The position numbers and the translations under genes were made by a program. A stretch of DNA of 45,591 nt, taken from positions 1-45,591 of the forward strand of contig VFJJ01000074.1 of NCBI GenBank assembly GCA_009886115.1. Direction: 5' to 3'. The notes below the pieces were generated by a model. That model did no database searches, was not told where the DNA came from, and was given only the letters and a program-made list of their open reading frames with translations. Positions 28,364-37,694 of the stretch are shown one piece after another (positions within the stretch are counted from its first letter, which is position 1; every line of letters begins with the position of its first letter). This DNA is from Actinomycetota bacterium. GTDB lineage: Bacteria > Actinomycetota > Acidimicrobiia > IMCC26256 > VFJJ01.

Positions 28364-29539
28364 GTGCCCGCCGATGAGATCAGCCGAGCCGAGCTCGAAG
28401 CCGCGACCGAGCGCTGGTTCCTCAGGCGCGGCATCCCCCACTTCACCGATGACTACGACGCCCGCACGAACGTGCTCACACGGGCGTTGCCGGTGCTGGT
28501 CCTGGTGTTCCTCGTCGAGCTCACCGCAGCTCTGAGCGCTGCGTGGTCATGGTGGGTCAACGGCTTGGCCGCCCTGGGTGGCTTCGGCGTCCTCGTGACC
28601 GCGTGGGGTGCCGCCAACCGGTTGCGCTCCCGAGCGTTCTTCGCCCGTCCCGATCATGTCGGCTTCGCCGAGGTGGCGGTGTTCGTGGTGGCTCCGGCGG
28701 GGCTGCCATTGATCTTCGGTGGTGACACGCTCGACGCCGAGCTGATAGCGGCGGGCAACCTGGCGTTCATCGTCGTCGCGTACTTCACGACGTCGTTCGG
28801 TCTCGTCCCGATGCTTCGCTGGGCAACCTTGCGCATCTTTCGCGAGCTCGGCGCCACGGTCAGGCTCGGCACCCGGGCCTTGCCCCTGATGCTCTTGTTC
28901 TTCACGTTCTTGTTCATCAACGCCGAGGTGTGGCAGGTCGGCCACGATCTCGAGGGCCCGTTCCTCGCGGCGGTCATCTCCCTCATCCTCTTCACCGGCG
29001 TGGCGTTCCTGGCGGCACGGCTGCCCCGGGAGATCGAGCAGCTCGCCCGCTTCGAGTACATCGGGTCCTCGACGGCCCTGATCGTCGGCACCCCCGTCGA
29101 GCACGTGGTGGTCGACCGCGATGCGATCGACTCTGTGGTGCCCTTGAGTCGACGGGAATGGGGCAACGTGGCCCTGGTGCTCGTGTTTGCCCAAGGTCTG
29201 CAGGCCGTCCTCGTGAGCGTGACGCTGGGCGTGTTCTTCGTGGTGTTCGGGCTCCTCACGATCACCCCGGCGACGATCGAGGTGTGGACCACGGCGGCGC
29301 CGAACGTGCTCGCCGAGTTCGAGCTCTGGGGCCGGCAGATCGTGCTCTCACAGGAGTTGCTCCAGGTGTCGGCCTTCCTCGGAGCGGTGTCAGGCCTCTA
29401 CTTCTCCGTGTACGCGCTCACCGACAGCACCTACCGGGAGGAGTTCTTCGACGAGGTGTGCGAGGACGTGCGCGTCGCGCTCGCGGTGCGGGTGGTGTAT
29501 CGGGCCGCGCTGGCCACCAGCGACAGGGACACGGCGTAG
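28364..29539 (+). CDS. Conserved actinobacterial-type integral membrane protein of unknown function
   Basis: About 9-10 hydrophobic segments; ERWFLRRGIPHF, RALPLMLLFFTFLFINAEVWQ, TDSTYREEFF. Confidence 0.8.
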   Translation: MPADEISRAELEAATERWFLRRGIPHFTDDYDARTNVLTRALPVLVLVFLVELTAALSAAWSWWVNGLAALGGFGVLVTAWGAANRLRSRAFFARPDHVGFAEVAVFVVAPAGLPLIFGGDTLDAELIAAGNLAFIVVAYFTTSFGLVPMLRWATLRIFRELGATVRLGTRALPLMLLFFTFLFINAEVWQVGHDLEGPFLAAVISLILFTGVAFLAARLPREIEQLARFEYIGSSTALIVGTPVEHVVVDRDAIDSVVPLSRREWGNVALVLVFAQGLQAVLVSVTLGVFFVVFGLLTITPATIEVWTTAAPNVLAEFELWGRQIVLSQELLQVSAFLGAVSGLYFSVYALTDSTYREEFFDEVCEDVRVALAVRVVYRAALATSDRDTA

Positions 29540-29548
29540 CCTGGCCTC

Positions 29549-30508
29549 GTGCTGGCGCCGGCGAACGGGATCAGGATCTCCTACGACATCTCACCCAGGC
29601 CCGGTTCCGGTTCCGGGGCCGCCGCTACGACCACCGCTACGACCGGCGCTCGCCGTCACACGGTGGTGCTCTGCAGCGGCGCCGGTGAGGGGCCCGAGCA
29701 ATGGCGGATGGCCCTGGGACCGGATCTCGTCGAGGCCGGGTTCCAGATCGTGACCTACAGCTACCGGGGGATCGAGCCCTCGTCGTGTCCTGACGGTCCG
29801 GTCACGATGGCCCAGGTCGTCGGCGACGTCGTCGGGCTCATCGAGCACCTCGTCGACGCGGGCTCGGTCGAGGCGCCGGTCTCGATCGTCGGCTACTCCT
29901 CGGGCGGCTGGGTCGCCTGCGAGGTGGCGCGGCACCGCCCCGATCTGGTGACGTGCGTGTCGGCCATCGCCGGGATCGGACGCTCGCCCGCCTACGAGCG
30001 CCTGTGGCTGCACGGCCTGCTCGAGGTGGCGCGCACCGGGACGAGCCTGTCGCCCGAGGCGGCGGCCACGAGCGCCCTGCCCCTGCTCCTCGGCCCGTCG
30101 AGCATGCAGGACGATCAGATGGTCAAGAGCTGGCACCGACTCCTCGTGGGCGCCGCATCCGGGCCCTCCCCCACCGTGGACCATTGGGCCGCCTGGCAGG
30201 AATGGGTCGACGGGCCCGACGACAAGCACCTCGACGAGCTCCGGAGTCCCGTCCAGATCGTGGCCTTCGAGCACGACATCTTCCTGTCGCCCGCCCTGGC
30301 CGAGGCTGCGGCAGCGCAGATCGTCGGGGCCGACGTCGATCTGGTGATCGTCGACGATTGCGGCCACCTCGGCCTCTTCGAGCACAGTGACGTGGTCGTG
30401 CCCGCCATCGTGCAGTTCCTCCTCGACCATGCCGGCCCTGCCAGCGGCACCCGCGATCCAGACCTGGGCTGCGTTGGCGGCGAACCCCACGAAGGAGTTC
30501 ACGCGTGA
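29549..30508 (+). CDS. Alpha/beta-fold hydrolase
   Basis: GYSSGG nucleophile elbow, AFEHDI acid, CGHLG histidine. Confidence 0.88.
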   Translation: MLAPANGIRISYDISPRPGSGSGAAATTTATTGARRHTVVLCSGAGEGPEQWRMALGPDLVEAGFQIVTYSYRGIEPSSCPDGPVTMAQVVGDVVGLIEHLVDAGSVEAPVSIVGYSSGGWVACEVARHRPDLVTCVSAIAGIGRSPAYERLWLHGLLEVARTGTSLSPEAAATSALPLLLGPSSMQDDQMVKSWHRLLVGAASGPSPTVDHWAAWQEWVDGPDDKHLDELRSPVQIVAFEHDIFLSPALAEAAAAQIVGADVDLVIVDDCGHLGLFEHSDVVVPAIVQFLLDHAGPASGTRDPDLGCVGGEPHEGVHA

Positions 30509-31146
30509 TCACAGGCGATCAGAGCGAGATCGGGCCTGCGCTCTCGGCCCTGGGAGCTTCGACGTTGGGCGAGTCGGGTGGCCGAGCCATGGCTCCGAGG
30601 ATCAGGCCCGTGTGGCCAGGCGCAACCGTTGCCGCCGCGGCCTACACGGTGCAGTGCCCGCCCGGCGACAACCTGGCCATCCACACCGCGGTCGTCAATG
30701 CCCCCATGGGTTCGGTGCTGGTCGTCGATGCTTCCGATCGTCCCGAGCTCGGCTACTGGGGCGAGGTGCTCACGACCACCGCGAAGTGGCACGGGCTCGT
30801 GGGCTTGGTGATCGACGCCTGCGTTCGCGACGTGGATGCCTTGGAACGACACGGGTTCCCGGTGTTCAGCGCCGGCATCGCCCTGCCGGGAGCAGCGAAG
30901 GTCACCGGCGGTTCCAACGGCCGCGCCGTGAACGTAGGCGGCGTGCTCGTCGAGACGGGCGACTGGATCGTCGGCGACCGCGACGGGGTCTGCGTCGTGC
31001 CCGGGGCCGCCCTGACCGACGTGCTCGCGCGGGGACGGGCCCGGGCGGCCAAGGAAGATGGGTTCTTCAGCGCCCTGCAGGGCGGAGCGACCACGATCGA
31101 TCTCCTCGATCTCGACGCCTCAGCCGTCGACGTCGCCCCTCGCTGA
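30505..31146 (+). CDS. RraA family / HMG-aldolase-like protein
   Basis: PGDNLAIH, GYWGEVL, GLVIDACVRD, GDWIVGDRDGV; GTGA overlap with the hydrolase. Confidence 0.88.
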   Translation: MITGDQSEIGPALSALGASTLGESGGRAMAPRIRPVWPGATVAAAAYTVQCPPGDNLAIHTAVVNAPMGSVLVVDASDRPELGYWGEVLTTTAKWHGLVGLVIDACVRDVDALERHGFPVFSAGIALPGAAKVTGGSNGRAVNVGGVLVETGDWIVGDRDGVCVVPGAALTDVLARGRARAAKEDGFFSALQGGATTIDLLDLDASAVDVAPR

Positions 31147-31207
31147 CCACTCGGTGGCCTCCCAGCCCGAGATGGCCGGGGCCGATCGGGCCGGCCTGGG
31201 CCGACGG

Positions 31208-31894
31208 TCACACGCAACCCGGGCCCCGAGCATCGTGGCCGGGAGTGGCGACATCGAACCCGACGCCCAACACGAGTCGGGTCCGATCGACCACCACGTC
31301 CATCGACGGGGTGAGATGCACCGGATGGTGATCGAGGCCACGGGGCGCCGGGCCTCCTACCTTCTCCCCCACCGCGTTGAACTTCGATCCGTGACACGGG
31401 CACTCGAACAAGCCCGATGACCCACAGTGCTCGGTGCGACACCCGAGGTGTGTGCAGCGCGCCGAGAGGGCAACAACGCCGATCCGGATCCCGTCGTGCA
31501 GCGAGGCGGGGTAGACGTCGAGGGCTGCGTCCACGTCGCTGGTACGGAAGGACACGACGAACACGAACGGTCGCTCGTCGTCGATCACCAACGGATCGGT
31601 CGAGGCGGCGAATCGTTCCTCCAGCGCGGCGAGGGAGCCGACGTTCGTGGAGCCGTTGGCCGCGCCCGCAGTCTCGTCCTCGCGCCACGCGTCGACGATC
31701 GCCGAGGCGCCGGCACCGCCCAGGACCCCACCCCCGATCCACAGGGCGCGCTGGAGGAACGGGCGCCGTCCCATGGCAATCGGCCGGCCCGGGTCGTTCG
31801 CGACCGCGCCAACGTCGTGACCGCCGTCACCGCCGTCGTCGTCGCTCATCGGGCCGAGGGGCAACGGCTCGAGCGCATCCAACCACCTGTCCAT
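31208..31894 (-). CDS. Rieske [2Fe-2S] protein with a TM/Tat-like N-terminal region
   Basis: CTHLGC and CPCHGS ligand boxes, GPAPRGLD; GRRPFL followed by a hydrophobic helix. Confidence 0.9.
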   Translation of the reverse strand: MDRWLDALEPLPLGPMSDDDGGDGGHDVGAVANDPGRPIAMGRRPFLQRALWIGGGVLGGAGASAIVDAWREDETAGAANGSTNVGSLAALEERFAASTDPLVIDDERPFVFVVSFRTSDVDAALDVYPASLHDGIRIGVVALSARCTHLGCRTEHCGSSGLFECPCHGSKFNAVGEKVGGPAPRGLDHHPVHLTPSMDVVVDRTRLVLGVGFDVATPGHDARGPGCV

Positions 31895-32532
31895 CAGGCA
31901 CCCCCTCCGCAGGCGTCGAGCCCGAGGGCCCCGATCGCTGCTTCGATTCGGCTCCCGAGGTCGTCGAGCGCGCGGGCGATCGCCCGATCGCCGTCCGAGA
32001 GGGGTTGGCCGGTCTCCAGTGTTCGGACGTACGCCGGAAGAAGGTCGTCGAAGAGTCGGGTCGACTCGGCAGCGTCGGCCACCATCGCGGCGACGGTGGC
32101 AGCCGCCTCTTCCGGAACCGCCAAGGCGCCGATTGCGTCGATCTCTCGGTCGGCGATGTCGCGCACCCGTTCCACGTGGGCCACCTTGACCTCGATCGGA
32201 TCAGCCGCCGACGGCACCACCAGGGCGCCGCGCTCGGCCGCGGACGCTCGACAGATCGCGTTGGCATCGATCCGGAACGACTCCGGCGTCGCGCCCACCC
32301 GGACCGACCCCGAAGGCTCCTCGGCCCTGAGCGCCCCGCCGACGAGCCCCACGATCGAGACGACGACGACGGCGGCGGCGCTCGCGGCGAGCGAACGTTG
32401 CCAGCGTCGGCGGCGGCGACGGGACGGAACGGCCGCAACGACACGGTCCCAGAGCGCAGCGGGCGCCGGCGGCTCGGGCCAGCGCTCGGCGATCTCCTCC
32501 AGCCGTCGTTCGGTCCCTCGCTCGTCAGTCAT
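31894..32532 (-). CDS. Single-TM protein, putative anti-sigma factor
   Basis: Overlaps the ECF sigma stop; short cytoplasmic N-terminus, RRRRRW then TM, helical outside domain with two Cys. Confidence 0.65.
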   Translation of the reverse strand: MTDERGTERRLEEIAERWPEPPAPAALWDRVVAAVPSRRRRRRWQRSLAASAAAVVVVSIVGLVGGALRAEEPSGSVRVGATPESFRIDANAICRASAAERGALVVPSAADPIEVKVAHVERVRDIADREIDAIGALAVPEEAAATVAAMVADAAESTRLFDDLLPAYVRTLETGQPLSDGDRAIARALDDLGSRIEAAIGALGLDACGGGA

Positions 32533-33094
32533 GGACCGCGTCCTCGCCGTGTCCTGCCGCCCGGAGCCGGCGCTCGATCGCGGCGAGGCCCCGCTTCATG
32601 TGGGTCTTCACGGAACCTCCGGCGATACCCAGGGTCCCGGCGATCTCCGACTCGCTCAGGCCCATCCAATAGCGCAGCACCAGGCACTCGCGCTGTCGGG
32701 TCGGGAGTGAACGCAGCGCGTCGACGACCTGGCGCTGGGCCGAGCTGCGCAGGGCGTCGTCCTCGGCCGAGCTGTTCGACAACGGCTGCTCCGGCGGATG
32801 GCGCTCGACCACCGATCGGTGTCGCCACCGGTTCCGGCACAGATTGACGACCGTGGTCCTGAGATAGGCGCCGGCCCGGTCGGGCTCGCGGAGTCGACGG
32901 CCGGCCACCGCCAGGCGTACGAAGGCCTCCTGGACGACGTCCTCGGCGGCGCCCGGGTCGCGGACCAGGACCCCAGCCAGACGCAGCAGGCGCGGGGCGT
33001 GCTCGGTGTAGAGCGTGGCGAGGTCGGCCGTTGTCCAGGACAGATCCGAGACCGCCATCGCCGTCGACGGTGGATCGGGGACGACCAGGGCCAT
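32525..33094 (-). CDS. ECF RNA polymerase sigma-70 factor (SigE-family type); alternative start 33163
   Basis: AEDVVQEAF region 2, YLRTTVVN, LPTRQRECLVLRYW..SESEIA..GSVKTH region 4; GGAGG before ATG 33094. Confidence 0.92.
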   Translation of the reverse strand: MALVVPDPPSTAMAVSDLSWTTADLATLYTEHAPRLLRLAGVLVRDPGAAEDVVQEAFVRLAVAGRRLREPDRAGAYLRTTVVNLCRNRWRHRSVVERHPPEQPLSNSSAEDDALRSSAQRQVVDALRSLPTRQRECLVLRYWMGLSESEIAGTLGIAGGSVKTHMKRGLAAIERRLRAAGHGEDAVHD

Positions 33095-33220
33095 GGCGTG
33101 GGTGTCCTCCGGGGGCGGGCGGATCGATGGTACCGACACCTTGGGCGGTCGATCGGGTGACATCGACTCCCGTCGGCCGTCACATCGATCTGGGCCAGAC
33201 TGCCCGCGAGCTCGCCCCGA

Positions 33221-34822
33221 TCAGGCTTCGAAGACCCCGCCATCTCCCAGGCCGTCGATCCCCGGCGACGCGGCGTCGTCCGCAGCTTCGTCGTAGAGAG
33301 CCGATCCGTGGCCCAGGGGCACGAGACCGTCCCACGCCGCGAGCAACGCCTCGCCGGTGGCGCCGCGGCCCGTCCACGTGGGGTCGAGCGCCGGCGCCCG
33401 CAGCACGATCCCCGTGGGATCACCCCGCCAACCGGGCCGACAGTCCCACAACAGGGCCGGACGGTTGCCGTGCCAGCGGATGGCGACCGACAGGCGACCC
33501 CGACTCCCCGGGAGATCGTGCACCTCGACCGGCTGGCCCACCCAGGACGCCGAGAACCCGTCGAACACCGTGACCTCACCGGTCGGACCTTCTGCCACCA
33601 GCGCGTTGCGACTCGGCGGGACGAGGGCCGCGGCGCCGACGCCGAGCGGAGCGCCCGGCTCGCGGCGGCTCCGGCCGCGGCTGCGCCGGAGGGCCTCTTC
33701 CACGGCCGCCTCCATCAGGCCGAAGAGGCGGTCGGACGCGGCTCCGGCGCCTGCGAAGGCGTTGACGACCTCGAACGTGTCGAGGAACGCACCGGCGCTC
33801 ACCTCGACGCCCGCGGCGATCCGGAAGCCGCCCGAGCCACATCGCAGCAGCGCGTACGACCGTAAGGCCTCGGCAGCCTCGGCCCCGTGCCCCCACGAGG
33901 CCAGCGTGGCGATCCGGGCCGGGGCCAGCCGCTCGGCTTCGCAGGCGGGCATGAGCGCCACGAGCCGCTGCTCGGCGATCTCGTCGAGCAGTGCGCCGTC
34001 GGGAACCGAGACGCGCGTGGCCCGTCCGAACAGCGCCCGCCACCCGCTCACCGCACGGTCGTGCCCAGGAGCCGTTACGGGATCTCCGGGACCGTCGGGC
34101 ACCGGTTGCTCGCTCCCCGGGCCCGTGCGACCCGGCACGGTCGGACCGATCGGGATGGTCAGGCGCACAGCGGTGCGGTGCGCCACCGGGAACACGACGG
34201 CGATCGACGCCCCGGCATCGGGCGCGCTGTCGGGTACGAGCTGGTCGCTCCCCTGCGCCGTCGACTCGAGCACCTGCTGGGCCAGGACACGAGCCAGCGA
34301 CTCGCGATCGAGCGCCCCGCCTTCTCGCAGCGGGAGTCGGGGCAGCTGCGCCACCACGGTACCGTCGAGCCCGTCGAGGCGTACCAGCACGCCGTCGCGC
34401 ACGAGCGGGATGGCTCCACGAGGCCCCACGGCCCGCAGCACCAAGGCCACCGAGCAGGCGCTCGCCGTGTCGTTGGCGATCTCGGAGATCAGCGTCGGGG
34501 CCCGGCCCGGAACCGGGACGGCCCAGACCCGGCCGACCACGTCGCCACCGGCGATCCGCATCGCCGTCTCCACGACCGCGGAGCGCTCGATGCGGTGCTG
34601 ACGCACCGTCGTCTCACGGGCCGGCCTGCGCCAGCGCTCCCCTGTGCCGACCCACCACTCCACGAACAGCGTGGCCGCCTGAGACTCGCCGGCCGGGCCG
34701 AGGGGAACCTCGATCGCTCCGGACGGCCGCACGGTTGCCCTGGCGGCTCCCACGACGCCGACGGCCAGGCCGGGCGTTCCGGCCCGCTCGTCCGTTCGTC
34801 CTGCGGTGGTCTGCGCGCTCAC
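33221..34822 (-). CDS. Hypothetical protein translationally coupled to gpsA
   Basis: GTGA overlap with the gpsA stop; Trp-rich blocks EWWVGTGERW and RWHGNRPALLW. Confidence 0.75.
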   Translation of the reverse strand: MSAQTTAGRTDERAGTPGLAVGVVGAARATVRPSGAIEVPLGPAGESQAATLFVEWWVGTGERWRRPARETTVRQHRIERSAVVETAMRIAGGDVVGRVWAVPVPGRAPTLISEIANDTASACSVALVLRAVGPRGAIPLVRDGVLVRLDGLDGTVVAQLPRLPLREGGALDRESLARVLAQQVLESTAQGSDQLVPDSAPDAGASIAVVFPVAHRTAVRLTIPIGPTVPGRTGPGSEQPVPDGPGDPVTAPGHDRAVSGWRALFGRATRVSVPDGALLDEIAEQRLVALMPACEAERLAPARIATLASWGHGAEAAEALRSYALLRCGSGGFRIAAGVEVSAGAFLDTFEVVNAFAGAGAASDRLFGLMEAAVEEALRRSRGRSRREPGAPLGVGAAALVPPSRNALVAEGPTGEVTVFDGFSASWVGQPVEVHDLPGSRGRLSVAIRWHGNRPALLWDCRPGWRGDPTGIVLRAPALDPTWTGRGATGEALLAAWDGLVPLGHGSALYDEAADDAASPGIDGLGDGGVFEA

Positions 34823-35853
34823 GACGGCCGCCCGATACCGTGTTGCTCGGGTTTGGCCGAGCGCAGCATCAGGTTCTTCACCACCTCGCTCGGCGATCGA
34901 CCGCCGTAGAGGACGGCGCCGACCTGCTCGGCGATGGGCATCTCCAGCCCGAGCCGCGCCGCGAGCTCGAGAACGGCCGAGGTCGTCTTGACTCCTTCGG
35001 CGACCATGCGCATGTCGGCGACGATGTCGGCCAACGTCCGCCCGCGGCCCAGTTCGATGCCGACCATCCGGTTGCGGCTCTGCTCGCTGATGCACGTCGC
35101 CACGAGATCGCCCATGCCGGCCAGGCCGGCGAAGGTCAACGGCTGACCACCCACCGCCACGCCCAGACGGGTCAGCTCGGCCAAGCCTCGGGTTATCAGT
35201 GCTGCCTTGGCGTTGTCGCCGTAGCCGAGGCCGTGGGCCATCCCCGCGGCGATGGCCACGACGTTCTTCAGCGCACCGGCGGTCTCGCAGCCGATCACGT
35301 CGGGGTTCGTGTAGACCCGGAACGTCGGGCTCATGAACACCTGCTGGAGCATCGTGGCGATCGCGTCGTCGGCCATGCCGATCACGGCTGCTGCCGGCTG
35401 GCCGGCGACGATCTCCTTGGCCAGGTTGGGTCCGGTGAGCACGCCCACCCGTTCTGACGGGTGCCCGTCGAGCACCTCGAGGACCACCTCGGTCATGCGT
35501 TGGAGCGTTCCCTGCTCGATGCCCTTCGAGAGGCTCACCACTGGCAGCGCGCCCAGGCGACCGGGGCGGAGATGGGGACGGGCCTGCTCGAGCACGGCCC
35601 GGAACCCGTGCGAGGGCACGCCCATCACGATGATGTCGGCTCCCGTGACGGCTTCCTCCAACGAGGCCGTGGCTCGCAACGACGAAGGCAGCATCGAGCC
35701 CGCGAGGTAGACGGGGTTCTCGTGGCGGAGGTTGACGGCCTCGGCGATCTCAGGATTGCGAGCCCACAACACGGTGTCGGTGTTGGCCGCCGTCAGCGCA
35801 GCCACCGCAGTGCCCCACGATCCGGAGCCCACGACAGCGACCGTCAAGTTCAT
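34819..35853 (-). CDS. gpsA: NAD(P)H-dependent glycerol-3-phosphate dehydrogenase
   Basis: VVGSGSWGTA, SKGIE, GPNLAKE, GALKNVVAIAAG, GLAGMGDLVATC..SRNR. Confidence 0.97.
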   Translation of the reverse strand: MNLTVAVVGSGSWGTAVAALTAANTDTVLWARNPEIAEAVNLRHENPVYLAGSMLPSSLRATASLEEAVTGADIIVMGVPSHGFRAVLEQARPHLRPGRLGALPVVSLSKGIEQGTLQRMTEVVLEVLDGHPSERVGVLTGPNLAKEIVAGQPAAAVIGMADDAIATMLQQVFMSPTFRVYTNPDVIGCETAGALKNVVAIAAGMAHGLGYGDNAKAALITRGLAELTRLGVAVGGQPLTFAGLAGMGDLVATCISEQSRNRMVGIELGRGRTLADIVADMRMVAEGVKTTSAVLELAARLGLEMPIAEQVGAVLYGGRSPSEVVKNLMLRSAKPEQHGIGRPS

Positions 35854-36053
35854 CGGAATCCGTCCTCTCGCCGGCTGCTGGTCGGTCACCCGACGTGTCC
35901 GCCGATCGTACGGGTTGGCGAGAGCCCGATCCGCTCCGCCGGTCCGCAGTCGCTTCCCAGGCTCGCGCATTGCGCGTCCGTGGCGTTGACGCCGGGGCGT
36001 GATGCCTGGGCGTGCCGCCGCCGCGCCGGCGGGACCGGTACGATCCCCGACCG

Positions 36054-36635
36054 ATGCCTGCTCGCCCGACCATCTCCGCCGGCGTGGTGCTGCCGATCCG
36101 TACGTTCATCGGCGGCAAGTCGAGGCTCGCTCCGGTGCTGAGCCCGACCGAGCGCCAGGCATTGCTCCAGGACATGGCCACGACCGTCGTGCGGGCTGCG
36201 GGTGAGCTGGTCGTGCTCGTCGTGTCGAGCGCCCCCGAGGTCAAGGAGTGGGCCGGACTCCACGATCTCGAGGTGGTCCACGATCCCGGATCGCTCGATG
36301 ACGCTGCGGCATACGGTCGCCGGCTGCTGTCGGCGCGTGGGGTCGCACGCGTCGTCGTCGCCCACGCCGACCTCCCCCGAGCGATGTCCCTCGCTCCGGT
36401 TCTGGTCGACGGTGATCACCCGGTGATGGCGATCGTCCCCTGTCACCGCGACGACGGTACCCCTGTGATCTCATTGCCCGGTGCGACGCCGTTCCGCTTC
36501 GCGTACGGACCGGGTTCGTTCCGGGCCCACCTGGCCCAGGCCCGGCACCGGGGGCTCGCCATACGGGTCGTGCGCGATCCGGATCTGGCGTTCGACATCG
36601 ACGGCCCCGACGACCTGCGGGTGCTGCGAGTCTGA
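36054..36635 (+). CDS. cofC: F420 biosynthesis guanylyltransferase CofC/FbiD
   Basis: GKSRLAPVL, HADLP, DGT, FAYGPGSFRAH, DIDGPDDL; divergent from gpsA. Confidence 0.88.
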   Translation: MPARPTISAGVVLPIRTFIGGKSRLAPVLSPTERQALLQDMATTVVRAAGELVVLVVSSAPEVKEWAGLHDLEVVHDPGSLDDAAAYGRRLLSARGVARVVVAHADLPRAMSLAPVLVDGDHPVMAIVPCHRDDGTPVISLPGATPFRFAYGPGSFRAHLAQARHRGLAIRVVRDPDLAFDIDGPDDLRVLRV

Positions 36636-36692
36636 CCCGGAGTCGCGGAGCCGCGACGCCCCGGCGCTCGGAGCGGTGGTCTGAACGCGGTG

Positions 36693-36714
36693 CGGCCGCC
36701 CCGGAGGGCGGCCG
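36693..36714. terminator. Perfect 9-bp hairpin between convergent cofC and hup
   Basis: cggccgccc-cgga-gggcggccg. Confidence 0.6.
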
Positions 36715-36765
36715 TCCGCTGTCCGCTGTCGATACGTCGTTGACAACCCGTACGTCGAGGTATCG

Positions 36766-37230
36766 CTACTTCTTGGCAGCAGGCTTCTTGGCCGCAGCCG
36801 GCTTCGCAGCCGGCTTCGCAGCCGGAGCCTTGGCTGCGGGCTTCTTGGCCGCAACCGGCTTCGCAGCAGGCTTCTTGGCCGCAGCGGGCTTGGCTGCCGG
36901 CTTTGCAGCAGCCTTCGGTGCCGGCTTCGCCGAGACCGTGGGGGCCTTGGCGTCGCCCTTCACGATGCCCTTGAGCGTCGCGCTGGCCGTGAACTTGGGG
37001 GCCTTGGTGGCCTTCACCTTCACGGTGGCACCGGTCTGCGGGTTACGCGCGGTGCGAGCTTTCCGAGCAACCCGGCTGAACTTGCCGAGGCCCGGGTAGC
37101 TCACGTCCTCACCCTTGGCCAGCTTGGCCTGGACGACGTCACGAAGTGCGTCGAGGACCTTCTCCGCGTCGGCCTTCGATCCCACTCCAGAATGCTGGTG
37201 GACGAGGTCCACGAGCTCAGCCTTGGTCAC
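36766..37230 (-). CDS. hup: HU family DNA-binding protein with a histone-H1-like PAAK/AKK tail
   Basis: TKAELV, GLGKF, ARTARNPQTG, PKF; GGAGG RBS before GTG 37230. Confidence 0.93.
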   Translation of the reverse strand: MTKAELVDLVHQHSGVGSKADAEKVLDALRDVVQAKLAKGEDVSYPGLGKFSRVARKARTARNPQTGATVKVKATKAPKFTASATLKGIVKGDAKAPTVSAKPAPKAAAKPAAKPAAAKKPAAKPVAAKKPAAKAPAAKPAAKPAAAKKPAAKK

Positions 37231-37694
37231 CGCTACCTCCATAGGTTGATGGTCCCTCTCGGGGGTGGCCCACCGCGTGGGCCACCGTCGGATCAGCGAG
37301 TTCCATGGATGAAATCACGCGAATGTGATCCAACGGGAGAAGTTGACCGCGAATCGACAAGAAGGTCAAGCATTTCGGGGCCCTTCGGGGCGGAAATCCC
37401 GAAAAAATAGGGGTTTCGGCCCCGAATTCGAGGTCGTGGCGTCTCCAGAGCGCCCCGGAACGGTAGTCAGGGCATCGGTTTCCGGTTGCCGACACCCGGA
37501 TCGAGCGGATTCCCAAGGCTTCGCGGACGCCGGAACTCGACAGATCAGGACGACGTTGCGCCCCTAGGGATTCCGGCCGGCGCCATCGTGAACCCCCGTG
37601 TGGCCAAGCTTCACGCCGGCGGCCTCCGTCCCGAACACAGATCATGACGAATAGCGTTGACCGCTCGGAACCCGGTGCACGAGAGGGCGGAGAC

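Noticed and set aside
26211..28535. 774-aa plus-strand ORF
   Set aside because: Antisense to the kinase and surE; no recognisable domain
37314..37329. ATCAC-N6-GTGAT palindrome as a CRP site
   Set aside because: The half-sites are in the opposite orientation to TGTGA-N6-TCACA
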